62,639 bases of DNA from a virus (Duplodnaviria; Caudoviricetes): positions 1 to 62,639 of the IMG/VR virus record IMGVR_UViG_3300006638_000002; one strand, 5' to 3'. The notes below the pieces were generated by a model, which did no database searches, was not told where the DNA came from, and saw nothing but the letters and a program-made list of their open reading frames with translations. Positions 50,680 to 59,746 of this stretch are shown piece after piece. Each line of letters starts with the position of its first letter. The first letter of the stretch is position 1. A program made the translations under genes and the position numbers.

Positions 50680-52298
50680 GTCTACTCCTTCGCGATCAGC
50701 CAATTAAAACGCTGCGGGCGGACCAGGGTGCTGGCGTCAGCAAATTGCGCGAAATGGTGGGGCAAGGCGAACGGCGAATCGTAATGATGGCCCCGACCGG
50801 ATTCGGCAAAACGGTGGTCACCGCCGACTTGGTACGGCGGGCAAGGTCGAAGGGAAAGCGGGTGCTGGTAACGGTGCCTGCTTTGTCTTTGGTCGACCAG
50901 ACATATGAAATGCTCGGCGCGCAGGGCGTGACCGAAGTCGGCATAATCCAAGCGCAACATCAGAACACCGACCCGTCGCAACCCGTGCAACTGGCGAGCA
51001 TTCAAACGCTGCAGCGCCGACCAAGCATTCCGCAGGCCGACCTCGTTATTATCGACGAGATCCACAAGTGGTTCCGGTTTTATGAGAAATGGCTACGCGA
51101 TCCGGCATGGGTGAATGTGCCGATCATTGGCATGAGTGCAACGCCATGGACGCGCGGGTTAGGCGCGTATTTCGGCAAGATGGTGGTGGCGAATACGGTC
51201 AAGGATATGATTGAGGCCGGGACACTATCGCGATTCCGCGTATTCGCGCCGAATCACCCTGATCTGAAAGGTGTTCGCACCGTTGCCGGCGACTATCACG
51301 AAGGCGACCTGCACGAGCGGATGGGCGAATCTAAACTGGTGGCCGATATCGTTATGAACTGGAAATATCTAGCGGAAGGCAGACCCACGGTTTGCTTTGC
51401 GGTTAACCGGGCCCACGCCGAGCAGATATCCAAGGAATTTGAGGCTGCTGGCGTGCCTTCCGGGTACATGGATTGCGACACGCCTATAATGGAACGTGCT
51501 TCGATTCGCGCTCGACTGCAGGCTGGCCGAATCAAGGTAGTCTGCAATGTCGATGTGATTGGATTGGGGGTCGACTGGCCTGAAATAAGTTGCATCATCT
51601 ACGCTCGACCGACAAAATCTGAAATGCGCTACGTCCAGAATATAGGCCGCGGTCTGCGCACGATGCCGGGTAAGGACGACCTGATCATATTCGACCATAG
51701 CGATACGACTCTGCGACTAGGGTTTGTCAGTGATATTCACCGCGACGGTCTGGACGATGGCAAGCCGCGTACTGTCACTGAAAAGGTGGTGCAGCTTCCG
51801 AAAGAATGTCCGAAGTGCCATTATCTAAAACCACCGCGCATGGCGCTTTGCCCTGTCTGCGGCACCATTGCCGAGCATCACGCAAAACCAATCCATACAG
51901 CGGCTGGCGAACTGGTTGAGATGAATGGCGACCGCTTCAAAGTGGCGCCGATCGCAAAGCAGTTGAAGGGGAAGGCGCAGACCTACGGCCAGCTAATGTA
52001 TTACGGCCAATCGAAGGGCTATAGCCAAGGGTGGGCCGCGAACAAGTACCGGACGATTTATGGGGTATGGCCGCGTTCGCTCGACTGGCAGCCTCACCAA
52101 GTGCCGCCAGAAATGGCGCTGGCAAGTTGGATCAAGTCGCAGAATATACGATGGGCCAAGAGCAAGAAAAACAGGTTTGATGGCGAAGTGGTAAACGGGA
52201 CGGCCTATGCCAATGGCGGCAGTGTTTCGCCAAAACCTAGCAACGGATTCGTCGCTGGCACGCTATGCACTGAAAAGGATATGGAGGACTTCGCATGA
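50676..52298 (+). CDS. Superfamily II (DEAD/DEAH) helicase with zinc ribbon
   Basis: APTGFGKT, DEIH, SATP, QNIGRGLR, CPKC...CPVC. Confidence 0.93.
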   Translation: MSLLLRDQPIKTLRADQGAGVSKLREMVGQGERRIVMMAPTGFGKTVVTADLVRRARSKGKRVLVTVPALSLVDQTYEMLGAQGVTEVGIIQAQHQNTDPSQPVQLASIQTLQRRPSIPQADLVIIDEIHKWFRFYEKWLRDPAWVNVPIIGMSATPWTRGLGAYFGKMVVANTVKDMIEAGTLSRFRVFAPNHPDLKGVRTVAGDYHEGDLHERMGESKLVADIVMNWKYLAEGRPTVCFAVNRAHAEQISKEFEAAGVPSGYMDCDTPIMERASIRARLQAGRIKVVCNVDVIGLGVDWPEISCIIYARPTKSEMRYVQNIGRGLRTMPGKDDLIIFDHSDTTLRLGFVSDIHRDGLDDGKPRTVTEKVVQLPKECPKCHYLKPPRMALCPVCGTIAEHHAKPIHTAAGELVEMNGDRFKVAPIAKQLKGKAQTYGQLMYYGQSKGYSQGWAANKYRTIYGVWPRSLDWQPHQVPPEMALASWIKSQNIRWAKSKKNRFDGEVVNGTAYANGGSVSPKPSNGFVAGTLCTEKDMEDFA

Positions 52299-52609
52299 AC
52301 ATTAGATTCGATAACATCACCCCACTAGCTCCTGGAGATTATGCGATCGGTCGCGCGCTGGTGCAGCTTGGCGAAATGCTCGATGCTGGGGTTGCGGTAG
52401 ATCGACCTCCGTTACGCCTGCCGCTTGCTACCCTCACGCACATTCCGATGCACCGAAATGCGTACCCCGATTCTACCGAAAAGCAGGCGATGGATTCGCT
52501 TTGGCGCGCTGGCCGGCAATATGTGAAGGGCAATCTAACCGACGAGGAATTTAGGGAAATCAACCGGCGCTGTGATTTGGTTCTGGCGCATAAGCGTAAT
52601 CCTGACTAA
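52295..52609 (+). CDS. Hypothetical protein
   Basis: GGAGG SD; ATGA coupling. Confidence 0.65.
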   Translation: MNIRFDNITPLAPGDYAIGRALVQLGEMLDAGVAVDRPPLRLPLATLTHIPMHRNAYPDSTEKQAMDSLWRAGRQYVKGNLTDEEFREINRRCDLVLAHKRNPD

Positions 52610-52617
52610 CACGAGTT

Positions 52618-52711
52618 GGTTCTCGCGCAGCGTGGTGGTTCGCATTGCGCGATGAGCCAGGCACCGGGGCTCGAGTATCCAGCCTCCCGGCCTCACTTGG
52701 GCTCCGGTGCC
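52618..52711 (+). ncRNA. Tandem long hairpins upstream of gcrA
   Basis: 17-bp stem 52660-76/52695-711 with three G.U pairs on the plus strand, preceded by a second stem 52618-58. Confidence 0.45.
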
Positions 52712-52758
52712 GTCCTTCCTCAAATGCAGTGGTAAAAATTAACATCTAGGGGAAACAA

Positions 52759-53262
52759 ATGAACTGGACCGAAGATCAAAAAACCTTTGTGAAACACGAA
52801 TGGGAGGCTGGCGTCAGCGCGAGGATCATAGCTGCAGAACTCCACACCAGCAGAAACGCGATATGTGGACTGGTGAACAGGAACCATTGGCATACGCCAA
52901 CCGCATACCCTAAACACCCACCGAGAAAAAACAAATCAACTCGCCAAGTGCCTTACAACATCATGAAACGTAATTTGAATCCCGTACCGCAGGGACCGCT
53001 CGAGCGTGATCCGGCCCCGACCGTGGATGACCTCAACATTCCTATGGAGCAACGCTGCACGTTGATGGAGCTAAGGCCTAATACCTGCCGCTGGCCGATT
53101 GGCGATGTATTGTCGCCGGACTTTTTCTTTTGCGGCGCCATTCCGATGGAGGATCAATCTTATTGCCCCGCGCATTTCCGGCGTGGCACATTGCCAAGGC
53201 GACACGAGCCGCAATCGCAGCCACATTCCTATAGCTTGGCAAAACATGCGGTGCGATTGTAA
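52759..53262 (+). CDS. gcrA: GcrA-family cell-cycle regulator
   Basis: MNWT.......W..G.SA..IA..L..SRNAI.G...R and TLMEL...TCRWPIGD....DF.FCG......YC..H. Confidence 0.9.
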   Translation: MNWTEDQKTFVKHEWEAGVSARIIAAELHTSRNAICGLVNRNHWHTPTAYPKHPPRKNKSTRQVPYNIMKRNLNPVPQGPLERDPAPTVDDLNIPMEQRCTLMELRPNTCRWPIGDVLSPDFFFCGAIPMEDQSYCPAHFRRGTLPRRHEPQSQPHSYSLAKHAVRL

Positions 53263-53422
53263 CGGAGATCGAAACATGGGACGCGATTTCTGTTGGATAG
53301 TGTGGGCGCTGATCGATCATATCCCGAACAAATTCGACGGTCCCGGTAAGTGGCTCTTCATGAAAACCGTCTATTGGGAATTGCACTGTGGAAGAAAAAT
53401 CTATTACGCGGAGGGGCAATAA

Positions 53423-53617
53423 ATGTCGGACACAATGGTAAAATACCGCGCTCTCGCCGGCGATCTATGCGATGCAATACTGCTAGATCAGGATGGTGGC
53501 AAAGCATTGATCGACGTCACATTCCCGAATAGCAAAGAACATCTTCGGCTATCGCGGATTCCGCTGGTGATGGTCGATGACGGGCGCCGCGGTATTTGCT
53601 TTCCGGTGGCAGCATGA
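53423..53617 (+). CDS. Hypothetical protein
   Basis: GGAGG SD; ATGA coupling to methylase. Confidence 0.6.
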   Translation: MSDTMVKYRALAGDLCDAILLDQDGGKALIDVTFPNSKEHLRLSRIPLVMVDDGRRGICFPVAA

Positions 53618-54990
53618 AAAAGAAACTAATCGATCAAGAAACTAAAATCGAGACAATCGATATTTCTGCCCTATCGCCGTATAGCAAAAATCCACGTTCG
53701 CATCCGGCGAGCCAGATCGAAATGCTGGCCAAGGCCATTCGGCAATTCGGATTTTTGAATCCGATCATCATCGACGATAAGAACGAGATTGTTGCTGGGC
53801 ATGGTCGTTTCGAGGCGGCAAAGATAGTCGGCCTTAAATCATTGCCAGCCATTCGGGCTTCCCATCTCACGCCAGCGCAAATCAAAGCCTTCCGCGTGGC
53901 CGATAATCAATTGGCATCATTAAGCGTATGGGACGATGATGGCCTGCGCGAAATCCTTCAATCGCTGCAAGGAGAGGATATCGACTTCGACGCAATGGGA
54001 TTTACTGCGGAGGCATTAGCGGCTGCTCTAGCCAAGCCGAACGGCGGACTCGTGGACCCAGACGATGCTCCGCCTGTCCGTGCGAATCCGGCAGTGCGGC
54101 TGGGTGATGTGTGGCTACTTGGCAGCCATCGGGTGCTATGCGGCGATTCCACAAAAGCCGATGACGTCGCCCGCGTGATGGGTAAAGATAGACCACAACT
54201 GATGGTCACAGATCCTCCATATGGGGTCGATTACGATCCGAATTGGCGTAACGAAGAAGCCGCAAAAGGAAACTTGGCCTACGCGGATCGCCGCGTAGGG
54301 GTAGTGAAGAACGACGACCGCCACGATTGGCGAGAGGCATGGGCGCTGTTTACTGGCGACGTCGCCTATTGCTGGCATGCCGGTCGGCATGCCAGCAGCG
54401 TGCAGACTTCCCTTGAATCAACTGGATTGATGGTCCGCAGCCAGATCATTTGGGCGAAGTCGAACTATCCGATCTCACGCGGCCACTATCACTGGCGCCA
54501 CGAACCGTGCTGGTATGCAGTGCGAGAAGGCAGAACCGGGCATTGGCAGGGCGCTCGCGATCAGACCACGCTCTGGCAAATAAACCTTGATAAGAACGTG
54601 GATGGTGGGCATTCGACACAAAAGCCTGTCGAATGCATGCGCTTACCGATCATCAATAATTCCGCACAAGGTGAATATGTTTATGATCCATTCGTTGGAT
54701 CTGGCACGACTCTAATCGCCAGCGAAATGGAAGGGCGACATTGCCTAGCGATTGAACTGGACCCGGCCTATTGCCAAGTGACCATTGAACGCTGGGAGGC
54801 ATTTTCGGGATTGAAAGCAACGCTTGAAGATGGTGGACAGACGCTAGAGCAGGTCACGCGCGCTCGGCGCGCTGTCCGAGCCAATGGGGGGACCAATGCA
54901 GTTACCGATCCACAGCATCCACCGCTACGTTCCGCTCGTCGACGCGCTCGAGTTCGTGCGCCTGGGGTGGTTGCCGTTACCGAGCCTTAA
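53614..54990 (+). CDS. ParB-N domain + N6/N4 DNA methyltransferase
   Basis: PY.KNPR.H..FGF.NPII..AGHGR..ADN; TDPPY; HSTQKP; DPFVGSGTT. Confidence 0.92.
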   Translation: MKKKLIDQETKIETIDISALSPYSKNPRSHPASQIEMLAKAIRQFGFLNPIIIDDKNEIVAGHGRFEAAKIVGLKSLPAIRASHLTPAQIKAFRVADNQLASLSVWDDDGLREILQSLQGEDIDFDAMGFTAEALAAALAKPNGGLVDPDDAPPVRANPAVRLGDVWLLGSHRVLCGDSTKADDVARVMGKDRPQLMVTDPPYGVDYDPNWRNEEAAKGNLAYADRRVGVVKNDDRHDWREAWALFTGDVAYCWHAGRHASSVQTSLESTGLMVRSQIIWAKSNYPISRGHYHWRHEPCWYAVREGRTGHWQGARDQTTLWQINLDKNVDGGHSTQKPVECMRLPIINNSAQGEYVYDPFVGSGTTLIASEMEGRHCLAIELDPAYCQVTIERWEAFSGLKATLEDGGQTLEQVTRARRAVRANGGTNAVTDPQHPPLRSARRRARVRAPGVVAVTEP

Positions 54991-55084
54991 TGGAATCCAC
55001 CACGGCGATTGGTCGGTGCATTGCTGCTGGCCGTGCCAATGTGTGCCGCCCGTGCCCATCGGGACCGATCTGGCTAGGCATTAA
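54896..55084 (+). CDS. Small Cys-rich protein overlapping methylase 3' end
   Basis: GGGGGA SD; RYV.......RLGW......HGDWSV...W.C.C. Confidence 0.5.
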   Translation: MQLPIHSIHRYVPLVDALEFVRLGWLPLPSLNGIHHGDWSVHCCWPCQCVPPVPIGTDLARH

Positions 55085-55290
55085 GCCTCAGAAATAGGCC
55101 GTGGTGGATTTTTTGGCTTCTTGTGGCCCCGTGGTACCAGTTTATCCGCCGACGCGCCCTGTGCCTGCCCTAGGGCTTTTACGGCGGCAGCCTTTTTGGC
55201 CTCTCTAGGCTCTTTCCGGTTATTCTGCTGGAATCGCTGTTCGCGCTGAACGCGAAGGGCAGCTTCACGGGGTCCGATCGGTTTTGCCAT
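55081..55290 (-). CDS. Small basic protein
   Basis: IGPREAALR..RE motif; TGATG coupling. Confidence 0.6.
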   Translation of the reverse strand: MAKPIGPREAALRVQREQRFQQNNRKEPREAKKAAAVKALGQAQGASADKLVPRGHKKPKNPPRPISEA

Positions 55291-55436
55291 CATTGCCCCG
55301 TCGCGCAGGCATAGTTCGGTGCCGTGCCATTCCAGCCGCAGGTATGATCCCGCTGGCTGGCAAAGGCGAGGATACCGATTACTGTGGCAATCAGCATGGT
55401 GCCGAGGAATCTGGTAGTTGCGGTGTTTTTGAGCAT
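55290..55436 (-). CDS. 48-aa membrane/secreted peptide with Cys pair
   Basis: GAGAACCACC-ATG; MLKNTATTRFLGTMLIATVIGILAFA. Confidence 0.55.
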   Translation of the reverse strand: MLKNTATTRFLGTMLIATVIGILAFASQRDHTCGWNGTAPNYACATGQ

Positions 55437-55446
55437 GGTGGTTCTC

Positions 55447-55647
55447 TTATAGTTTGAGTGCTTCGTAGGCGATGGCGGAGGGATCGTCTGTGTCGCCGTT
55501 TGAAATCTTCTGCAAAATAACCTGCAGCCGTTCGATCTCGTCAGCGGCCTCGCCCATTAGACCTATTCCCTCTGGCGTGAATCCCTCCACCATTGCTAAC
55601 CTAGCCTGAATGGCTCCGTCTCTCAGTCTGTGGATGATATCCGCCAT
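55447..55647 (-). CDS. DII.RLR...EAADEIERL family protein
   Basis: Same motif as array ORFs. Confidence 0.7.
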   Translation of the reverse strand: MADIIHRLRDGAIQARLAMVEGFTPEGIGLMGEAADEIERLQVILQKISNGDTDDPSAIAYEALKL

Positions 55648-55655
55648 TTCTGCCC

Positions 55656-55943
55656 TTAATCGTTCGTGCGGAGGGAGAAATCAGTCGGGCAATGGCCTTC
55701 GACCATTTGATCGCATCGGTCGACCAGCACATTTGCCGCATCACTCATCCACTCGGCCAAAAGCTGAAGGCGCTTGCCAGTCGAGGCCCGCATCCATTCC
55801 CGGCGCTGTGGAGTATCAATCTTGATTGCATCGCAATCCTCAATGCCTAGGGCACGCTGTAGCATACGGCAGGCAGCATCCGGCTCGGCTAGGATCGCGG
55901 CGGTGAAGATTCGGTTATCGTTGGAAATCGGTGTGTTGGTCAT
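55656..55943 (-). CDS. Hypothetical protein
   Basis: GGAGAACCACCAA-ATG start. Confidence 0.65.
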   Translation of the reverse strand: MTNTPISNDNRIFTAAILAEPDAACRMLQRALGIEDCDAIKIDTPQRREWMRASTGKRLQLLAEWMSDAANVLVDRCDQMVEGHCPTDFSLRTND

Positions 55944-56027
55944 TTGGTGGTTCTCCATGCGGGTTTTCCCGCAAACGGATAATGCGCTTTCCGCAAAGGC
56001 AGTCAAGTCGATTTCAACATTTATTTA

Positions 56028-56201
56028 TTAGCTCGGAAACGCCCATAAACCGGCCATAACTGCGACTAGGGCGGTAAACAGGGCTAGGCTTACCAGCGTC
56101 GCGGCCTCGTGGGCGATGAAACGGGAGATTGACGGGTTTGGCGCATGTTCGCGGCACATCAGGCCTGATTTAGTGCAGCCGCAGGGCAATTGATCGGGCA
56201 T
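56028..56201 (-). CDS. Small protein with CxC..C..H and C-terminal TM
   Basis: AAGGAGG SD. Confidence 0.6.
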   Translation of the reverse strand: MPDQLPCGCTKSGLMCREHAPNPSISRFIAHEAATLVSLALFTALVAVMAGLWAFPS

Positions 56202-56254
56202 ATGGTCCTCCTTCGTTGGGAAGGCCATAATCGCCGGCAAAGTTGAATAAATCG

Positions 56255-56614
56255 TTAATCCGCACCCATTAGCCGGGCCAAGGCTATCTCACGGTCTATA
56301 CCTACCAGAATAGAAGGGGACGCCACTCGTTCGAGGAATTTTCGGTGCTGCACTAAGGAATCGGCATATTGTCCTAAGATGCAGCAGACTGTTTCCCGGC
56401 CTAGCTCAGTCAGGGCGCTATGGGTCGGGGCCGAGACGTTGTGATTGCCCATCGCGTTCGACCAAAATATAAGACCATGACGCTTGAGAACGACTCGGCT
56501 TCCCTCCCTCGGACTACTCCGGTCGATCGGATTTGGCCCATTGGCGTGTTCGATCAAAAGGTCGCGTTGCGCAACTTTCAGAATGGCAGCGATCTGTGGG
56601 GCTCCGGTCGGCAT
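56255..56614 (-). CDS. Hypothetical protein (winged-helix-like LTELGR)
   Basis: GAGG SD. Confidence 0.6.
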   Translation of the reverse strand: MPTGAPQIAAILKVAQRDLLIEHANGPNPIDRSSPREGSRVVLKRHGLIFWSNAMGNHNVSAPTHSALTELGRETVCCILGQYADSLVQHRKFLERVASPSILVGIDREIALARLMGAD

Positions 56615-56688
56615 GGGTTTGGTCCTCTTTTTGATGCCTTCGGTGCATAGTCGGGTTTTCCCGCTTGGAAGTCAAATGGGGATGTGCT

Positions 56689-56937
56689 ATGCCTTCAATT
56701 ATGACTGACGGGCCAAAGATACTTACCGAAAACGGCCACCGGATTCTCTCTCGTGGTGGAGCGGACGGAGTATCGGACGATGATCTGCTAGTACTGGAAA
56801 TTCTCAAGCGCGCGCCTGGTATGTCACAGGCGGATTTGCAGACTTGTTTTGTGGAAATCCGCATGGAATATGGAGAAGATGCAGTTAAGGCGATAAAGTC
56901 GGGACACGTTAAGTTCGCCAAGAGCAAGCCGCAATGA
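56689..56937 (+). CDS. Hypothetical protein
   Basis: First ORF of rightward unit; ATGA coupling. Confidence 0.55.
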   Translation: MPSIMTDGPKILTENGHRILSRGGADGVSDDDLLVLEILKRAPGMSQADLQTCFVEIRMEYGEDAVKAIKSGHVKFAKSKPQ

Positions 56938-57128
56938 ACACGATTGAATATGTCGAAAAGCTCAGTCTGCAAAACAAATTTCGGCTTGTGGAAATCGCGC
57001 ATGAAACGAGAGACGAGGAGGTTAAATCGGCTGCATTAAGTATTCTCCGTCAATCTCAGACTGTAATGGTTGTGCCGAAAAGCGCTTTTACTGAGCCGGG
57101 CACAATTCAATGGGTTGATCGAAAATAG
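56934..57128 (+). CDS. Hypothetical protein
   Basis: Coupled ORF. Confidence 0.55.
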   Translation: MNTIEYVEKLSLQNKFRLVEIAHETRDEEVKSAALSILRQSQTVMVVPKSAFTEPGTIQWVDRK

Positions 57129-57265
57129 TTTCGTGGGCAAGGGAAATCCACGTCGGTTATCATGGGGATCGATGGTCACAAACCAAAGGCAGCATGCACA
57201 GAGGGCCTTGCCGGCCCGAAAGGGTACATCTACGTCCTCTAATGCTGTCGCGCTCATGAACTGGA

Positions 57266-57493
57266 ATGTCGATGATCATCAAACTTGAGCCCACCGGCCA
57301 ATTCGAGGTATTCCGTGGTGTGCAGTTTCGGGTATTCGTCGGTGTCACGGATAGCGGGATAAAACTGCAAATGCTTGGCATGTTTAGGATTCCAAACGAT
57401 AACGACCGCGGCAAGTTTGCATCTGAGATAAGCGCCATTCCAGTTGATAGCATCGGGCATTTACTCGCCACTGAGGGATTGATTACGCCATGA
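57266..57493 (+). CDS. Hypothetical protein
   Basis: I.LEPT......G...RV..G.TD.G motif; ATGA coupling to TerS. Confidence 0.6.
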   Translation: MSMIIKLEPTGQFEVFRGVQFRVFVGVTDSGIKLQMLGMFRIPNDNDRGKFASEISAIPVDSIGHLLATEGLITP

Positions 57494-57969
57494 CCCGTCA
57501 AACAAGAAAATCGCGTCGTGAAACGCAAGAGCATCCGATCCAGACCAAGAAGGGTCGCAAATGGGCGATAGCGGACGTTGAAGCTGCAAAGCGGGTACTC
57601 GGCGGCCTCGGTGCGTTGATGGCTACCTGGGCCGAATGCGCTACTGCGTTGGGGATCTCTGAGGCCACGCTATCCCGCATATTCAAACGCTGGCCCGAGG
57701 CAAAGGACGCCTACGAGGACGGCAAGAACGGCGGCAAGATCAGTCTGCGTCGGACGCAATTCAAACTGGCCGATCGCAACGCCACGATGGCGATATTCCT
57801 TGGCATGAACTATCTCGAACAAAAGGACATGCGGAATTTCAATCACTCCGGCGACGTCAAGCATTCCCACGAGCATACGGTAATCGGCATGATGCTGAAG
57901 GAGATCGATGAGGAAGCCCGCGAAATGCCGATGATCGAGCATCAGCCAAATAAGGAGAATGCGGCATGA
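57490..57969 (+). CDS. Putative terminase small subunit
   Basis: HTH (ECA.ALGISEATL.R), G...GK.SLRR.QF..A..NATM.IFLG.NYL.QKD; upstream of TerL. Confidence 0.75.
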   Translation: MTRQTRKSRRETQEHPIQTKKGRKWAIADVEAAKRVLGGLGALMATWAECATALGISEATLSRIFKRWPEAKDAYEDGKNGGKISLRRTQFKLADRNATMAIFLGMNYLEQKDMRNFNHSGDVKHSHEHTVIGMMLKEIDEEAREMPMIEHQPNKENAA

Positions 57970-58064
57970 CGATAGTATACGCGGTACTCGGCATCGCCGT
58001 TGGCCTAGTGGTGGTTTCCGGCGCATGGCTATGGGCGACAAGTCGGTCGGATTGAGGATTCAGC

Positions 58065-58280
58065 ATGAGCGAAGCCAATATCCACGTCATCGATCTTCCT
58101 GCGACCGATATGCAGGTTACGGAGGATTTCGCTATCCGTATTCGTGCTGCGCTCGACGTGCTTTGCGCCTTGGAAAACGAAGTGGTTAAGGCTGGCTTTG
58201 CCGTTACCTATCAGGTTGGGTTTAACGGGTTCGGGCAGAAATCGGTTCAGACGCTATCGGTGCTGAAGCGGTTGGCTTGA
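58065..58280 (+). CDS. Hypothetical protein
   Basis: GAGG SD. Confidence 0.6.
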   Translation: MSEANIHVIDLPATDMQVTEDFAIRIRAALDVLCALENEVVKAGFAVTYQVGFNGFGQKSVQTLSVLKRLA

Positions 58281-58430
58281 CGTCGCCGCATTCGTTTGGT
58301 CTGCTGCCAATGCAAACTCCGTGCAAGGCCTCAGTGGTCGAGGAGGTGCCCATGTGCCGTCGCAGTTAAAAGCTGCGGCTCGATGTTGGAAGCCGAGCAG
58401 GCATCAAAACACCGCGATAAACGAAACAGC

Positions 58431-58462
58431 AATGCCCTGTCGGTTGCCGATGGGGCATTTTT
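58431..58462 (+). terminator. Rho-independent terminator
   Basis: AATGCCCTGTCGG-TTG-CCGATGGGGCATT-TTT. Confidence 0.75.
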
Positions 58463-58497
58463 CGTTGTAGGGTGTGCAATCAGGAATCGGAGCGCCT

Positions 58498-58713
58498 ATG
58501 ATCCCAGAAGTTGGCTCAGAGTGGTACGCCCGCGATGGTCGCGTGATGCGCGTCGATGAAGTGGTTATCCCGGTTCTCCCGCAAGACATGCCGTGGGCCA
58601 AGGTGACAGTTCTGAATGCCGGAAAGGGCATGAGAAAGACGACAACAATGAACACAGGAAACTTCGGCACCGATCTAGCATCGGCATTTCTCAGACCTCG
58701 CAAAGCATCATAG
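58498..58713 (+). CDS. Hypothetical protein
   Basis: GGAG SD; PEVGS.W..RDGR motif. Confidence 0.6.
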   Translation: MIPEVGSEWYARDGRVMRVDEVVIPVLPQDMPWAKVTVLNAGKGMRKTTTMNTGNFGTDLASAFLRPRKAS

Positions 58714-58756
58714 GAGGCGTCCAATTCCATTCGCATCAAAAAACCAAGCAAAGGCG

Positions 58757-58993
58757 ATGTTTTCGGCCGCTGCCGGCCATTCCACCATCGGTATTCCTAA
58801 GTCTGTCGGCACTAAATTCGTGAAAGACTCGGTCGGCATGAAGGTCGGCAAGCTACCGAAATTCAAGAAGCCGAAAATGCCTAAACCTCCCGGCACTCCC
58901 GGTGCGCAGCCATTCGGTTCTCTCTCGCCTGGTGGCGTCAATTCCGATATGCCGTCTGCACCACCATTGCCAGGCGATGGAGAAATGATGTGA
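58757..58993 (+). CDS. Small Lys/Pro-rich protein (true start may lie upstream)
   Basis: AA.GHST.GIPKSVG.KFV motif; frame open back to the GGAGG at 58713. Confidence 0.55.
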   Translation: MFSAAAGHSTIGIPKSVGTKFVKDSVGMKVGKLPKFKKPKMPKPPGTPGAQPFGSLSPGGVNSDMPSAPPLPGDGEMM

Positions 58994-59214
58994 TTACCCC
59001 TATTCCAGAAGCTCCCATTCCGGTCAATGAACACAAGCCTCAGCCAAAGCAGCAGCAAGCCGAACACTACAAAAACGTCTCATCTCTGCTGGCCCGCTAT
59101 GAGACTGAGGCTGCTGACATGATCAGCAATCAGAACGCACCTGCCCAAGCGGTCGGGGAACTGCTACAAGCCATTTCGCTTTTGCGCGCCGAGAAGCAGT
59201 TTCATCGGCCATAA
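58990..59214 (+). CDS. Hypothetical protein
   Basis: GTGA coupling. Confidence 0.55.
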   Translation: MITPIPEAPIPVNEHKPQPKQQQAEHYKNVSSLLARYETEAADMISNQNAPAQAVGELLQAISLLRAEKQFHRP

Positions 59215-59224
59215 GGGAGTGGTG

Positions 59225-59437
59225 ATGAGTGACGGTCGCGCCGCCAATCTAGCCGCTGTCAAGGTTCGCCTCGACAACCCTAACCCGGCAGACGCTGTTC
59301 CTATTTCTGTGGATTTCGATCCAGGTGGGACTGGTCTATTCAACGTCTCAGCGGACAAGATCGGCAGATTGTGGGCTTATGATCACGAAGCGCGCGAGTT
59401 GCGGATGGTATTTGATCCGCGCGATGCGCCGACTTGA
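59225..59437 (+). CDS. Hypothetical protein
   Basis: GGGAG SD. Confidence 0.55.
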   Translation: MSDGRAANLAAVKVRLDNPNPADAVPISVDFDPGGTGLFNVSADKIGRLWAYDHEARELRMVFDPRDAPT

Positions 59438-59730
59438 GTGGAAATACCATGAATGCGATTCCATCAGTCCCGTTCGGTTTGGCCCCAGGATTGGGAGATT
59501 CTCAACAGGTTCAGCCTAATCAAAATAATGTCCAAGTGGCCGATGCAGGTGGCGCACCCCCTTATCCATTGCAAATAGAAACCATACTGCATGGCCATGC
59601 GGCTGGAATACTTTCGCCAGCGCAGGTGCATAGTGCAATGCCTCCCGGTTGGACCGCTAATCTCCGTCGTGGTAGCTATGAGTATGAAGTTACTGCACCT
59701 GATGGAACGATCCACTATGTTCCACCATAG
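59434..59730 (+). CDS. Hypothetical protein
   Basis: Coupled ORF. Confidence 0.55.
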   Translation: MSGNTMNAIPSVPFGLAPGLGDSQQVQPNQNNVQVADAGGAPPYPLQIETILHGHAAGILSPAQVHSAMPPGWTANLRRGSYEYEVTAPDGTIHYVPP

Positions 59731-59746
59731 GCTGAAAGAATAACCG

